A stretch of 64,000 nt of DNA from Chlamydiota bacterium (lineage in GTDB: Bacteria; Chlamydiota; Chlamydiia; Chlamydiales; SM23-39). The stretch spans positions 42,932 to 106,931 of the forward strand of contig JBEHXF010000001.1 of NCBI GenBank assembly GCA_048498835.1, written 5' to 3'. The notes under the pieces are model-generated. The model did no database searches. It saw only the letters and a program-made list of their open reading frames with translations, and was not told the DNA's origin. This document shows positions 39,814 to 49,627 of the stretch, in pieces. Positions within the stretch are counted from its first letter, which is position 1; every line of letters starts with the position of its first letter. Both the position numbers and the translations under genes were made by a program.

Positions 39814-41088
39814 CTGCTCCTTTTTCTTTAAGCATAGAGAAAAGTAGGTGAACATACTCACGATTGGCATGAGCCAAAACGGATAGAGTAAGATGTTATT
39901 AAAGTGTGACGAAAAGAAAATAACCACTAGTAGATAAATATAATAACTTCGAAAACAATTGTATAATTCATCAGACCCTTGAGAAACAGATCTAAATCTT
40001 ACAAAAGAAAACCAAGACCAAACAACAAATAATAAGAAGAAAAGAAAACTAATTACCAAACCAAACGTTGCTAGAATAGTCAACATCGATGAGTCCAGAG
40101 ATCCCCATCCTACAACGCCCTCATTCAATCCTTCATTAATTTTATCGGATAAATAATTGTATCCGACTCCCAAAAGAGGGAATTCTTCTACCAATTCCAC
40201 CCCAAATTTAAAAGAGTTGAGACGACTGAGTGCAGAATGCTCTTGTTTGATATTGATGCTGCGATGGAGAAAGAAACTCAACTCATCATATCTAAGGACA
40301 CCTAATAAGAGTATCGCGCTTGCAAATATCCCCAAGATAAGAAATGAATATTTTCTCAACGAGTAAAATTTAACATTAAGACGATCGATAAATGTTAAAA
40401 TCGCAAACAAAAAGATATAAGTTCCTATTCCGCTTCTCGAAAATGAACAAAAAATAGACAAAGAAATTAAACAAAAAATAATCTTATCCCTCCATGACCA
40501 CTGATCTAAATTGTAGAGAGCAAGACATGGAATGCAACCGATCGCAGCCCAAAAATTCGGATCGAAATAAGGCGAAACAAAGCGACCTGTATGTGGATCG
40601 CCCTGAAATAAAATCCCTATAGAAGCCAATGCATACCATAAAAAACGAGCATCGGGAAATAATACATAAAGAACAAAACCAAGTCCTAGATTCCAGCAAT
40701 AAACCTTGATTAAAACATGGAAAAACCGTAAAAAGTCATCATTATATTTTTTGTAAAACATTTTACCGATAATAAAGCTACTCAGACTTAATAAGATCAA
40801 TCGAATGGCATGAAAAAAACAAGACGTGCTGTACCCATGTAAACACAGCCCATAAAAAGAGCTCGCCAAAACAATGAGTGCGAAGAAAGAAAGCCAAAGA
40901 TAGGCTCTCGATATCGAATCAAAAAAGATGAGGTAGAAAAGGCATAAACTATAAATTAAAAACTCAAAAATATTCAAGTTGTCGCCACGAAATCCAATTG
41001 GCAAAATTCGGGCGAGATTCCCCAATACTAAAAAAATATAAAATAGCCTGAGAATCGCATTCATCAGAAATTTGTCTAAGTTGAACAC
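39775..41088 (-). CDS. O-antigen ligase / polymerase-like (Wzy_C domain) multi-pass membrane protein
   Basis: The 437-aa product has at least 10 hydrophobic segments by eye. It shows a SRSGIGTYIFLFAIL block, a large loop, and then FPLLGVGYNYL...GSLDSSMLTILATFGLV, as in WaaL/Wzy/PglL proteins. Confidence 0.65.
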   Translation of the reverse strand: MFNLDKFLMNAILRLFYIFLVLGNLARILPIGFRGDNLNIFEFLIYSLCLFYLIFFDSISRAYLWLSFFALIVLASSFYGLCLHGYSTSCFFHAIRLILLSLSSFIIGKMFYKKYNDDFLRFFHVLIKVYCWNLGLGFVLYVLFPDARFLWYALASIGILFQGDPHTGRFVSPYFDPNFWAAIGCIPCLALYNLDQWSWRDKIIFCLISLSIFCSFSRSGIGTYIFLFAILTFIDRLNVKFYSLRKYSFLILGIFASAILLLGVLRYDELSFFLHRSINIKQEHSALSRLNSFKFGVELVEEFPLLGVGYNYLSDKINEGLNEGVVGWGSLDSSMLTILATFGLVISFLFFLLFVVWSWFSFVRFRSVSQGSDELYNCFRSYYIYLLVVIFFSSHFNNILLYPFWLMPIVSMFTYFSLCLKKKEQLLFLKMFAQERS

Positions 41089-41215
41089 GTAGCGTCCTCA
41101 AAAAAAACAGAGAGAGATTCACTTTATCCGATCAAATTTTTAAGTCGCTACTGGATTATTTGTTTATTTCTATGTCCACTCAAGCGAAACTACCAGATTG
41201 GACTCCAAGTGATCT

Positions 41216-42280
41216 ATGAAAGCCCTATTTACTTATCGTGGTCAAAAAACTCTCGTCGATGTACATGAGCCACTGATGGACTCCTACTCCGTTAAAGTGA
41301 AGCTTCACTACTCCGCAATCTCATTTGGCACCGAAAACATCAACCGTGAAGGAACAACATTACTCTCTCAGGTAAAAAACAAAAATTTCTGGAAAAAAGG
41401 GCTAGAGATTCTCTACAAAAAAAAGAATCCTCTTCAGCTCATAAACAAAATAAAAAGCGTTCGAAATACCTATAATGCCATTGGCTACAGCGCAGTGGGA
41501 GAAGTTTTAGAAATCGGGAAAAATGTCTATCAACCCTTAAAAAAAGGCGATATCGTTCATGTCGGGGGAGAGAGAGCTTTCCATGCCGAGATGGTGGTAT
41601 GCCCACAAAATTTTGTATTCAAATTGGATGAAAAACACTATCAAATTCACCCTAGCCTCTATTCCTTAGCAACAATTATCAGCGTTCCAATGCATGCATT
41701 TTTACATGCAAAACAGGCGCTCCTTCAAGCACCTCCTTATTCTGCCCTAGTCATTGGAGGAGGATTAATTGGGACATTTGCTGGCTTGATAGCAAAACAA
41801 CAGAAGTTTAATACTCATTTTGATGATCCAATTGAAACGCCCTTGGCTAGCTCTTTTTTAGACAGAATCATTCCTTCCACTCCCTATGACCTCATTCTCT
41901 GTTGCGCTACTTCGGCGAGCGGACTAGATAATTATATTTCCCTTTGTAGAGAAGGTGCCGTCTTGGCTTTAGTAGGAGAGATACCACTTCAATTGGATCG
42001 CTCGCTTCTAGAAGATAAGTACATGACGGTTCGCTTCTGTAAAAGTTTTGGTTTTGGAAGAGGAAATCAAGCCTATGAATATGGACTTGAAGAACCCAAT
42101 CCCTTTTTTCCCAACAACATTCGTCAAAACATCCTAAAATCGATCGAGCACATTGACACTTGTAAACATGAAATGATACAACATCCCGAACGGATGCAAG
42201 TGCTACGACCTGAAGAAGTTTCGAAACAAGAAGACCCACGAAAAATCAATATTATCCAATGGTCAAACCATCTCTCCTAA
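41216..42280 (+). CDS. MDR-superfamily (alcohol dehydrogenase GroES-like plus Rossmann) oxidoreductase
   Basis: It has a GYSAVGEVLEIGKNVYQPLKKGDIV GroES-like block and an ALVIGGGLIGTFAG Rossmann motif. Confidence 0.55.
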   Translation: MKALFTYRGQKTLVDVHEPLMDSYSVKVKLHYSAISFGTENINREGTTLLSQVKNKNFWKKGLEILYKKKNPLQLINKIKSVRNTYNAIGYSAVGEVLEIGKNVYQPLKKGDIVHVGGERAFHAEMVVCPQNFVFKLDEKHYQIHPSLYSLATIISVPMHAFLHAKQALLQAPPYSALVIGGGLIGTFAGLIAKQQKFNTHFDDPIETPLASSFLDRIIPSTPYDLILCCATSASGLDNYISLCREGAVLALVGEIPLQLDRSLLEDKYMTVRFCKSFGFGRGNQAYEYGLEEPNPFFPNNIRQNILKSIEHIDTCKHEMIQHPERMQVLRPEEVSKQEDPRKINIIQWSNHLS

Positions 42281-43053
42281 TCATCGGCGGTGGCGGCTAT
42301 ATCCAAGCTGTCGTTCTTCCTATTCTTAGAAAACATTTTCCACAAGTCGATGTCCATTTGATGCTCAGGAGCCCTGCTAAGACTTTAAAAACTGCCCTCC
42401 AATTTGGGATTCACGCGGGGACTTCATTCGAAGGTCATACTCATTATTTTCTTGCTGTTCCTCCTTGTGATTATGCGTATTATGTAAAAAAAATCCCCAT
42501 GGGAGCGAGAATTTGGCTTGAAAAACCGTTATGCGGTTTAGATCTGGCATCCTACAAAGAAATCGAGTCAACATTACTTCCCAATGTAAACCGGTTTTAC
42601 ATTGGATATAATAAACGACAAATCGTTCCTAGACTACCAACCACCTTTCAAAACATAAGCCTCTCACTCCAAACCGAAAACTACCAACAAAACTCTTGGA
42701 AACATTTTCTCTGCGAGGGAGGTATTCAATGGATTGATGGTTGTCATCTATTCGACCTCGCACTTTTTCTTCTAGGTACTGATGCGACTGTCTCAATCGA
42801 TTTATCTCAGGCTTTTTGGCAATCCACTGTGATAAAGGGGGAGCAAAAGATCGAAATCACCGTAGGTCCATCCTGTAAAACACACATGACTCTAGATGGA
42901 ACACCGATAGATTTATTTTCTCCACGCGCATCCCATGAGTTTTTCAAATTAGCCTTTGGTGAATTTTTAGCAGAAAAATCAAACGCTGTAAGTTGCTTAA
43001 AGACCACTTTTAAAATTCTAGAAACGACCCTTTCTAATCAGGCCTTATGTTGA
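42259..43053 (+). CDS. Gfo/Idh/MocA-like NAD(P) oxidoreductase (short)
   Basis: The N-terminal Rossmann motif is LLIIGGGGYIQAVVLPIL and the EKP motif appears as IWLEKPLC. It overlaps the preceding ORF by 22 nt. Confidence 0.5.
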   Translation: MVKPSLLIIGGGGYIQAVVLPILRKHFPQVDVHLMLRSPAKTLKTALQFGIHAGTSFEGHTHYFLAVPPCDYAYYVKKIPMGARIWLEKPLCGLDLASYKEIESTLLPNVNRFYIGYNKRQIVPRLPTTFQNISLSLQTENYQQNSWKHFLCEGGIQWIDGCHLFDLALFLLGTDATVSIDLSQAFWQSTVIKGEQKIEITVGPSCKTHMTLDGTPIDLFSPRASHEFFKLAFGEFLAEKSNAVSCLKTTFKILETTLSNQALC

Positions 43054-43928
43054 ATCCAGCCTCTTTTTTCTTAATCGATATTGGGGCAGATGGTGGAATT
43101 CATCCCCGTTGGGAAAAGATACCCAACCTCCATTCTATTCTCTTTGAACCGAATGAACTTGGCTACGAAACATTAAGAAAAAACGCCCCCCCCAAAAGCA
43201 CTATCATACCTACGGCCATCTCTGAACGAACGGAAAAAAGGCCGTTTTATTACTGCCGTTCCCCATCCGTCTCTTCTTTACTTAAACCCAACTTAAAACT
43301 TCTTACCAAATTTCGTGATACTTCTGACTTTCAAATTGAAAAACAGGTCTTATTAAAAACTCAATCATTGGATGAAGCGCTTTCAGATCAACACATTCCA
43401 GATGCTGATTTTCTAAAAATCGACGCACAGGGAGTTACTTATCCTATTCTCAGAGGGGCCGAAAAAACCCTGGAAAAGTTGATTGGCTTAGAGGTAGAAG
43501 TGAGTTTTATTGAAGTATATGAAGGAGAAATTCTCTTTGAAGAAGTCCATCGCTACCTAAAACAAAAGGGATTTGAGTTATACAACCTTCGTCGCTGCTT
43601 TTGGAAGAGACGAAATGGCTCTTCTCATTCCAACGGACAATTGGCTTTTGCTGACGCTCTCTACTTTAAATCTCCAGAATTTCTCCATCAAAATGGCCTA
43701 CCAAGCGCAAAAATGAAAAAAGCGAGCTTAGCCTATTCTGCTTATCATCAAAGAGATCTGATGAACATCCTCGATCCTTGCCAAAAAAATAGTAGTTTGT
43801 GGACTCTTCCAGATTTTCGAGGAAAAGGAAGAATACGCAATTTTCTCTTAAAATTAGCCCGTCGATTTGAACCTAATCAAAAACAGAGCTCGCTTGACTC
43901 TACACTTTGCAACCAAATTTACGAATAA
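43047..43928 (+). CDS. FkbM-family SAM-dependent methyltransferase
   Basis: Blocks seen are FLIDIGADGG and DFLKIDAQGVTYPILRGAEKTL. Confidence 0.65.
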   Translation: MLNPASFFLIDIGADGGIHPRWEKIPNLHSILFEPNELGYETLRKNAPPKSTIIPTAISERTEKRPFYYCRSPSVSSLLKPNLKLLTKFRDTSDFQIEKQVLLKTQSLDEALSDQHIPDADFLKIDAQGVTYPILRGAEKTLEKLIGLEVEVSFIEVYEGEILFEEVHRYLKQKGFELYNLRRCFWKRRNGSSHSNGQLAFADALYFKSPEFLHQNGLPSAKMKKASLAYSAYHQRDLMNILDPCQKNSSLWTLPDFRGKGRIRNFLLKLARRFEPNQKQSSLDSTLCNQIYE

Positions 43929-45649
43929 ACTTCGCTTCGATCAAAAACCTTTCCATCTTCAATTTGATAGACCCGATCACAATTCTCTAAGGTTGAACTA
44001 CGATGGGAAATAAGAATAATCGTTTTAATACCCTTAAACTCTGACAACGAAGAAATAATCTGGTTCTCGGTTTCCAAGTCTAAGGCGGAAGTAGCCTCAT
44101 CAAACACCAGAATTTCTCTTTGAAAATAAAATGCTCTGGCAATTCCAATTCTCTGTCTCTGTCCACCAGAAATGTGGTTTCCATTTTCACCAATATTTGT
44201 TTCGATTCCCTGGGGAAGAGTTTGAATTACCTCATCTAAGTGAGCTAAATGAATGGCTTGCTGAAGTCTTTCCTGATCAATGATTAGCTCTCCCAGAGCA
44301 ATGTTTTGAGCAACGCTCATTTCAGCCAGAAAAATATCTTGAGGAATGTAAGCTAATAAGGAAAATAAAGAGGATCTACAATATTTCTTTCCATTGAGAA
44401 GGATTTCTCCTTTCTTTGGCTCCAATAATCCTAGAATCAAATTGATCAATGTCGTTTTGCCTGAGCCGGATTTGCCTACAACTCCGATCATTTCTCCTTT
44501 TTTAAGAACGATATCGATATTATTCAATGAATTTTGCTCATTCAATGGATACTTATACGAAACATCTACAAAACGGAGCTCCTCAAAATCGTGCATCTCT
44601 TGATGCTTTGTGGCCGGAGCACCGTTTAACTCGCTGCCGATCTTCAAGATTTTATAGAGCTTATTGACCTGTTCCGTTCCATGCCTAATTTTCGCCAGGC
44701 TTTCACTCATCGTTTTTAACGAGGGCAATAGCCTGATTGTAGCAGCACAACACACAGTCATGATCGCAAAGATATTCGATGTATCCTCAGCAAATTGCGA
44801 GCCGCAGATCAACGCAGTGACAATAGAGATAGCCAAGAGCGTCTCAATAAAATAAGAAGCACCTATGCGTATCGTAGCCTCTTTGACTACAGCAAATGAA
44901 AATAACCCCGAGGCCTTTTCAATCGAGTTTCTAAAATGGCCCTCTTTATTCAAAACCTTAATTTCTTTATAACCTTTTATAATATAGTTAATATTTCTAA
45001 TTATATCCGCATGAGAATCTTGAACCAATTGCCCTGCAAAATGCAATTTAGCCCGATTGAAACGATCGTAAATAAAGAGCACAGAAGCCAATCCGACAAA
45101 GCAACCTACAGTTAAATAAAAACCCAAGAAATAACTAAAAATCAAAACAACAGAAAGCAAAACTACAAAAGAAGCGACAAATTGTAAAAGCGGAACTAGA
45201 ACTAAAATCATGAAATAGTTTGTGCTATTTACAATGGTATTAATCACACCAGAAGAGGTCTCTTGCAAATAGAGCTCAAAAGGGACTTCTTGATGAATTC
45301 GGACCAATCGAGAAATGAGCCGATTGCATCTCTGATAACAATGACGATAAATCTGATGTACAGAAAGAACGCCGACAACACCCCGGGCAATAAAGATGCA
45401 AATAATACAAATTCCCAGCCCGACAATAAATTTTTCAACAGACATTCCTTCTAAAAAACTCAGGTTTTTTCTAACGGACGAAGAGTTGAAAGCCGCTGGA
45501 TTATTTATTAAGAGAACAAGAGGACTGAGTAAACCAATACCCAAGAGATCCAAAATCGATTGAACCACAAAGAGGAGCGAGAGAAAAAAAAATGATGATG
45601 GATCTGTCTTGAGGATAAATCTAATTTTCTGCCAGTGAGATTGTTCCAT
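43919..45649 (-). CDS. Fused TMD-NBD ABC exporter (MsbA/PglK-type lipid or lipid-linked-glycan flippase candidate)
   Basis: The N-terminus is a 6-TM-type domain. Walker A is GKSGSGKTT, the signature motif is ISGGQRQRIGIARA and Walker B is ILVFDEATSALD. Confidence 0.8.
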   Translation of the reverse strand: MEQSHWQKIRFILKTDPSSFFFLSLLFVVQSILDLLGIGLLSPLVLLINNPAAFNSSSVRKNLSFLEGMSVEKFIVGLGICIICIFIARGVVGVLSVHQIYRHCYQRCNRLISRLVRIHQEVPFELYLQETSSGVINTIVNSTNYFMILVLVPLLQFVASFVVLLSVVLIFSYFLGFYLTVGCFVGLASVLFIYDRFNRAKLHFAGQLVQDSHADIIRNINYIIKGYKEIKVLNKEGHFRNSIEKASGLFSFAVVKEATIRIGASYFIETLLAISIVTALICGSQFAEDTSNIFAIMTVCCAATIRLLPSLKTMSESLAKIRHGTEQVNKLYKILKIGSELNGAPATKHQEMHDFEELRFVDVSYKYPLNEQNSLNNIDIVLKKGEMIGVVGKSGSGKTTLINLILGLLEPKKGEILLNGKKYCRSSLFSLLAYIPQDIFLAEMSVAQNIALGELIIDQERLQQAIHLAHLDEVIQTLPQGIETNIGENGNHISGGQRQRIGIARAFYFQREILVFDEATSALDLETENQIISSLSEFKGIKTIILISHRSSTLENCDRVYQIEDGKVFDRSEVYS

Positions 45650-45796
45650 GTACCTTCAGAAGAACGTTAAAGTGATAGGACAATTTATAGGACTATGGTA
45701 AAACATATTCCCATTAAGGGACAACCTTAGGCGCCATTCCTTATGGGTAGACAGAAGTTCTCTAGTCAAAAAAATTCATAAAACACTTAAAAAATC

Positions 45797-47116
45797 ATGA
45801 AAATATCAATCTTTGGATTGGGATATGTTGGCTGTGTAAACCTCGCTTGTCTTGCAAAATGTGGATTTGATGTTATCGGCGTAGATGTTAAACCCGATAA
45901 AGTATCAAAGGTGAATGCGGGTTTTCCCACAATTGTAGAACCTCAACTTGAAGAGCTGTTTCGCTCGCAACGAAAGAATATTTCAGCAACAACTGACGTT
46001 CAAAGAGCTATTCTCGAAACTGATCTTTCCCTCATTTGCGTAGGCACGCCTCCCAGTCCAGATGGGCAACTCAATCTCTCTCATATTTGGTCTGTAGGCC
46101 AACAAATAGGTGTAGCCTTAAAAAATAAAAATTCATTCCATGTTATCGCCCTTCGAAGCACCGTTCTGCCTGGCTCATCGTCTCAATTAACAGCTATACT
46201 TGAAAAAGCTTCAAGTAAAAAAGAGGGCGATGACTTTAGTGTGATTTACAATCCCGAATTCTTACGAGAAGGAAACGCGATCTACGATTACTTCCATCCA
46301 GGTCTTATTGTCCTCGGTTCTTCTGGATCTCAAAAAGCGCTTGATATGTTGGAAGCGATTTACAGTTCTATTAAATGCCCTATAAAAATAGTGAACACAA
46401 AAATTGCAGAAATGATCAAATATGTAAATAATTCATGGCATGCATTAAAAATCGTATTTGCAAATGAATGTTCTACTATTTGCAGAGATCTAGATATTGA
46501 TTCCTATGAGTTAATGAACCTTTTTTGTGAAGACCAAAAGCTCAATCTTTCTTCAGCTTATTTAAAACCGGGCTTTGCTTATGGGGGATATTGCCTTCCT
46601 AAAGATCTCCAAGGACTCATATCGATGAGCGAAACCGGTGACGTTCCCATGCTTTCGTCCATCGCCGGATCAAATCGCGCCCACATCATTAACATCGGCA
46701 AATGGATCTGCTCCTTCGAGAAAAAAAGAATCCTATTTTTAGGTATCAGCTTCAAAGAAGGGACTGATGACATTCGATTTAGTCCAAAAATTGAACTAGT
46801 TCAGTATTTAATCGACAATCATCACACAGTTCATATTTACGATAAAAACATCACACACTCAATTAAAAACAACTTAAACAAAACCTATTTAGAAGATCAA
46901 TTAGGTCATCTGAATAACCACCTGGTGCATGAACTCTCCAGCATCATCGATGAAATCGATCTCATCGTCCTCGCAAATCTAGAAACGGATTATGTTAAGA
47001 TTGCTGAAGAGCACAGTTCCCATTTGCTCATTTTAGAACTAACAAAAACCCCCCTTAAATCTTCCTATGGCTATGCTTGGAAACAATGCAATGCCAGCAT
47101 GCAGCAATATTTATGA
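45797..47116 (+). CDS. Nucleotide-sugar 6-dehydrogenase, GDP-mannose 6-dehydrogenase (AlgD)-like
   Basis: Blocks seen are MKISIFGLGYVGCV...VIGVD, ICVGTP, RSTVLPG, NPEFLREGNAI, AEMIKYVNNSWHALKIVFANE, PGFAYGGYCLPKD and GISFKEGTDDIRFSP. From memory it is collinear with P. aeruginosa AlgD. Confidence 0.65.
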   Translation: MKISIFGLGYVGCVNLACLAKCGFDVIGVDVKPDKVSKVNAGFPTIVEPQLEELFRSQRKNISATTDVQRAILETDLSLICVGTPPSPDGQLNLSHIWSVGQQIGVALKNKNSFHVIALRSTVLPGSSSQLTAILEKASSKKEGDDFSVIYNPEFLREGNAIYDYFHPGLIVLGSSGSQKALDMLEAIYSSIKCPIKIVNTKIAEMIKYVNNSWHALKIVFANECSTICRDLDIDSYELMNLFCEDQKLNLSSAYLKPGFAYGGYCLPKDLQGLISMSETGDVPMLSSIAGSNRAHIINIGKWICSFEKKRILFLGISFKEGTDDIRFSPKIELVQYLIDNHHTVHIYDKNITHSIKNNLNKTYLEDQLGHLNNHLVHELSSIIDEIDLIVLANLETDYVKIAEEHSSHLLILELTKTPLKSSYGYAWKQCNASMQQYL

Positions 47117-47835
47117 CCTATAAAGAGGATATCGATCAATTTTGGGGCAATCAATGGCTAACCAATCAAAAAGGGCTAGAAATATCTTCTTACCTCACCC
47201 AATACAAATTCATCCGTTTTATTAAACCCATCTTAGATCTCTTGCCCCTCCAGAGTAAAGTTTGCGAAATTGGTTCAGGAAACTGCCAATGGCTCTCCTA
47301 TATACGTTCATATCGTCCTGATTTACAACTCTATGGCATCGATTTAGCCGATTCGGCGCAGCAATTTGCCTCAAAGTTTGGAATCACTTGTATCCAGTCA
47401 GATATACGCGATACTCCTCTCCAGAGCAGCTATTTTGAATTTACCTATAGCTGGGGAGTCATTGAACACATGTTAGATAGCGACCGAGCATTTAGCGAAC
47501 AATATCGTATTTCTCGAACTTTCGTAGTTGTAGACGTTCCTTGCCGAAATTCCTTACCCTCTTTTCAAATTCGGAGGAATATCAGAAAAAGGAACCTAAC
47601 CGACTATGAGGCGATGATTGAATTTGGACGCCTATTTACACGTTCCGAATTTCGAAACCTGATTAAAAGCGTTTGTAATCCAACCGATTCCATTCAGTTT
47701 ATGAATAACTTTTTAGCGTTCCCAAATAAATCAATCTTGGGTTGCAATATCGGTCATGTGCTCGATCGATTAACGCCCGGGGTCCTTCGTTCTCTAATCG
47801 GCCAGAACATTGGAGCTATCATTCAAAAGAAATAG
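47113..47835 (+). CDS. Class I SAM-dependent methyltransferase
   Basis: Motif I is VCEIGSGNCQW. ATG 47113 overlaps the upstream stop (ATGA). Confidence 0.6.
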   Translation: MTYKEDIDQFWGNQWLTNQKGLEISSYLTQYKFIRFIKPILDLLPLQSKVCEIGSGNCQWLSYIRSYRPDLQLYGIDLADSAQQFASKFGITCIQSDIRDTPLQSSYFEFTYSWGVIEHMLDSDRAFSEQYRISRTFVVVDVPCRNSLPSFQIRRNIRKRNLTDYEAMIEFGRLFTRSEFRNLIKSVCNPTDSIQFMNNFLAFPNKSILGCNIGHVLDRLTPGVLRSLIGQNIGAIIQKK

Positions 47836-47907
47836 AAATTTGGTTTTTTCAGTTAATCAGGCATGATTGCGCTCTATTAATTTGATTTTTAGGATCGGAG
47901 TGTCGCT

Positions 47908-48654
47908 TTGAAAATTTCCGCAACAATTTTAACCCATAATAGCGAAGCCACGATTGGGAAAACACTCCACTCAATCCGAGATCTTCTAGATGAACTCATC
48001 ATCGTCGATGATGAGTCAAAAGATACAACATTGGATATTGTTCGCTCCATTTGCCCTGGCGCTAAAATCTTGCATCGTAAATTAGATAATTTCGCTCAGC
48101 AGCGAAATTTCAGTCTTTCTCACTGTACTTCGGACTGGATTCTCATCATCGATTCAGACGAATTTTTAAGTGAGGAGCTCAAAGCGGCCATCCGTTCTGA
48201 AATTGCTAAACCCAGATCCGATATTTTCATTTGCATGAGACTCAATCGCAATTTAGCCGGTTGGGGAAAAGCCAAAATGGATCGCCCTATTTTAATCCGC
48301 AAAGGACTTGAGTTCGTCAATCCGCTCCACGAAACTGTCGTAGGGGAAAAAAAGATGCTCTCGGGCAATCTTTACCACGATTGTTGGACAAATATTCACG
48401 ATTGGGCCGAAGATATGCAAATTTATTCAGCATGGAAAGCTCGCAATTGGGCCGCTGACGATCCAAATCGGTCGATTCTCTTTCTCACTTTCAGACAATT
48501 CGCAGCTGCAGGCTATCTATTTCTGAAACGATTTTTTGCTGAGAAGCGCTACAAACAAGGTCTAGGTGGTTTTCTCTATTGTTTTACCTGGTCTTTTGAA
48601 GAATTCCTGGTCCTTTTGAAGTATTACGAACTGACACACAAAAATGAAAAATAA
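47908..48654 (+). CDS. Family 2 glycosyltransferase of the WaaE/KdtX (LPS core) type
   Basis: Blocks seen are ISATILTHNSE, LIIVDDESKDTT, FAQQRNFSL...DWILIIDSDEFLSEEL, PLHETV and a C-terminal YKQGLGGFLY block. The start codon is TTG. Confidence 0.6.
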   Translation: MKISATILTHNSEATIGKTLHSIRDLLDELIIVDDESKDTTLDIVRSICPGAKILHRKLDNFAQQRNFSLSHCTSDWILIIDSDEFLSEELKAAIRSEIAKPRSDIFICMRLNRNLAGWGKAKMDRPILIRKGLEFVNPLHETVVGEKKMLSGNLYHDCWTNIHDWAEDMQIYSAWKARNWAADDPNRSILFLTFRQFAAAGYLFLKRFFAEKRYKQGLGGFLYCFTWSFEEFLVLLKYYELTHKNEK

Positions 48655-49627
48655 AAAAGTTTTAGTTACTGGTGCAGAAGGTTTCATCGGCTCCCATTTG
48701 ACAGAACTTTTATCCCAGCAATGCGCTCATGTTCGCGCACTCCATCTCTACAATTCCTTCAATGATTGGGGCTGGCTTGAAACAATCGATACCAGCGGAA
48801 TTGAAATCATTTCGGGAGATATCCGCGATCCACAATCTTGTCGAGAAATGGTAAGAGATATCGATCACATTTTCCATCTTGCAGCGCTGATTGCAATTCC
48901 CTACTCTTACAAAGCTCCGCTCAGTTATGTGCACACCAATATTTTAGGCACAGTGAATCTCTGTCAGGCTGCTTTAGATGAAGAATGTGAAAAAATCATC
49001 CATACTTCTACTTCAGAAGTTTACGGAACGGCACTTGCGGTACCCATATCCGAAAGTCATCCACTTCAACCCCAATCTCCCTATAGCGCCAGTAAGATTG
49101 GCGCGGATGCTATGGCCCTTAGTTTTTTTCATTCTTTCAACTTACCACTTGTCGTCGCCAGACCATTCAACACTTATGGCCCTCGTCAGTCCGCTCGTGC
49201 TATCATTCCCACCATTATTTCACAGATCGCCGAAGGGAAAGATGTGATTCAAGTAGGTGATTTGACCCCCACAAGAGATCTTACCTATGTAAAAGACACC
49301 TGCGCCGGCTTGATCCATTTAGCAAATACGAGCCATATCTTGGGCCAGACGATCAATATTGGGTCAAATTTTGAAGTCTCAATGGGTGATTTATTTGCAA
49401 AAATACAAAACTTGATGGGATCAAACTGCCAATTTATTCAAGATCCGCAGCGGATGAGACCCAAAGGTTCAGAGGTTTTACGTCTCTGGTGTGATAATCA
49501 ACGTTTGCAATCTTTAACAGGCTTTACTCCAGCCTACACCTTGGAAGAAGGGTTAAAAGAGACCATTGAATGGTTTACACTGCCAGATAACCTCAAACGT
49601 TATAAAACCGGGTTATACAATGTCTAA
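48644..49627 (+). CDS. Extended SDR NDP-sugar 4,6-dehydratase/epimerase
   Basis: Motifs seen are VLVTGAEGFIGSHL, TSTSEVYG, YSASK and RPFNTYGPRQ. Confidence 0.7.
   Translation: MKNKKVLVTGAEGFIGSHLTELLSQQCAHVRALHLYNSFNDWGWLETIDTSGIEIISGDIRDPQSCREMVRDIDHIFHLAALIAIPYSYKAPLSYVHTNILGTVNLCQAALDEECEKIIHTSTSEVYGTALAVPISESHPLQPQSPYSASKIGADAMALSFFHSFNLPLVVARPFNTYGPRQSARAIIPTIISQIAEGKDVIQVGDLTPTRDLTYVKDTCAGLIHLANTSHILGQTINIGSNFEVSMGDLFAKIQNLMGSNCQFIQDPQRMRPKGSEVLRLWCDNQRLQSLTGFTPAYTLEEGLKETIEWFTLPDNLKRYKTGLYNV

Noticed and set aside
41089-41215. Intergenic spacers of the glycan locus (also 45650..45796 and 53099..53206) scanned for JUMPstart/ops (GGCGGTAG) elements, riboswitch-like structures or small RNAs
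   Set aside because: There is no ops motif and no extended conserved-looking stem-loops. Only AT-rich promoter-like sequence was seen, and nothing supportable without comparative data.
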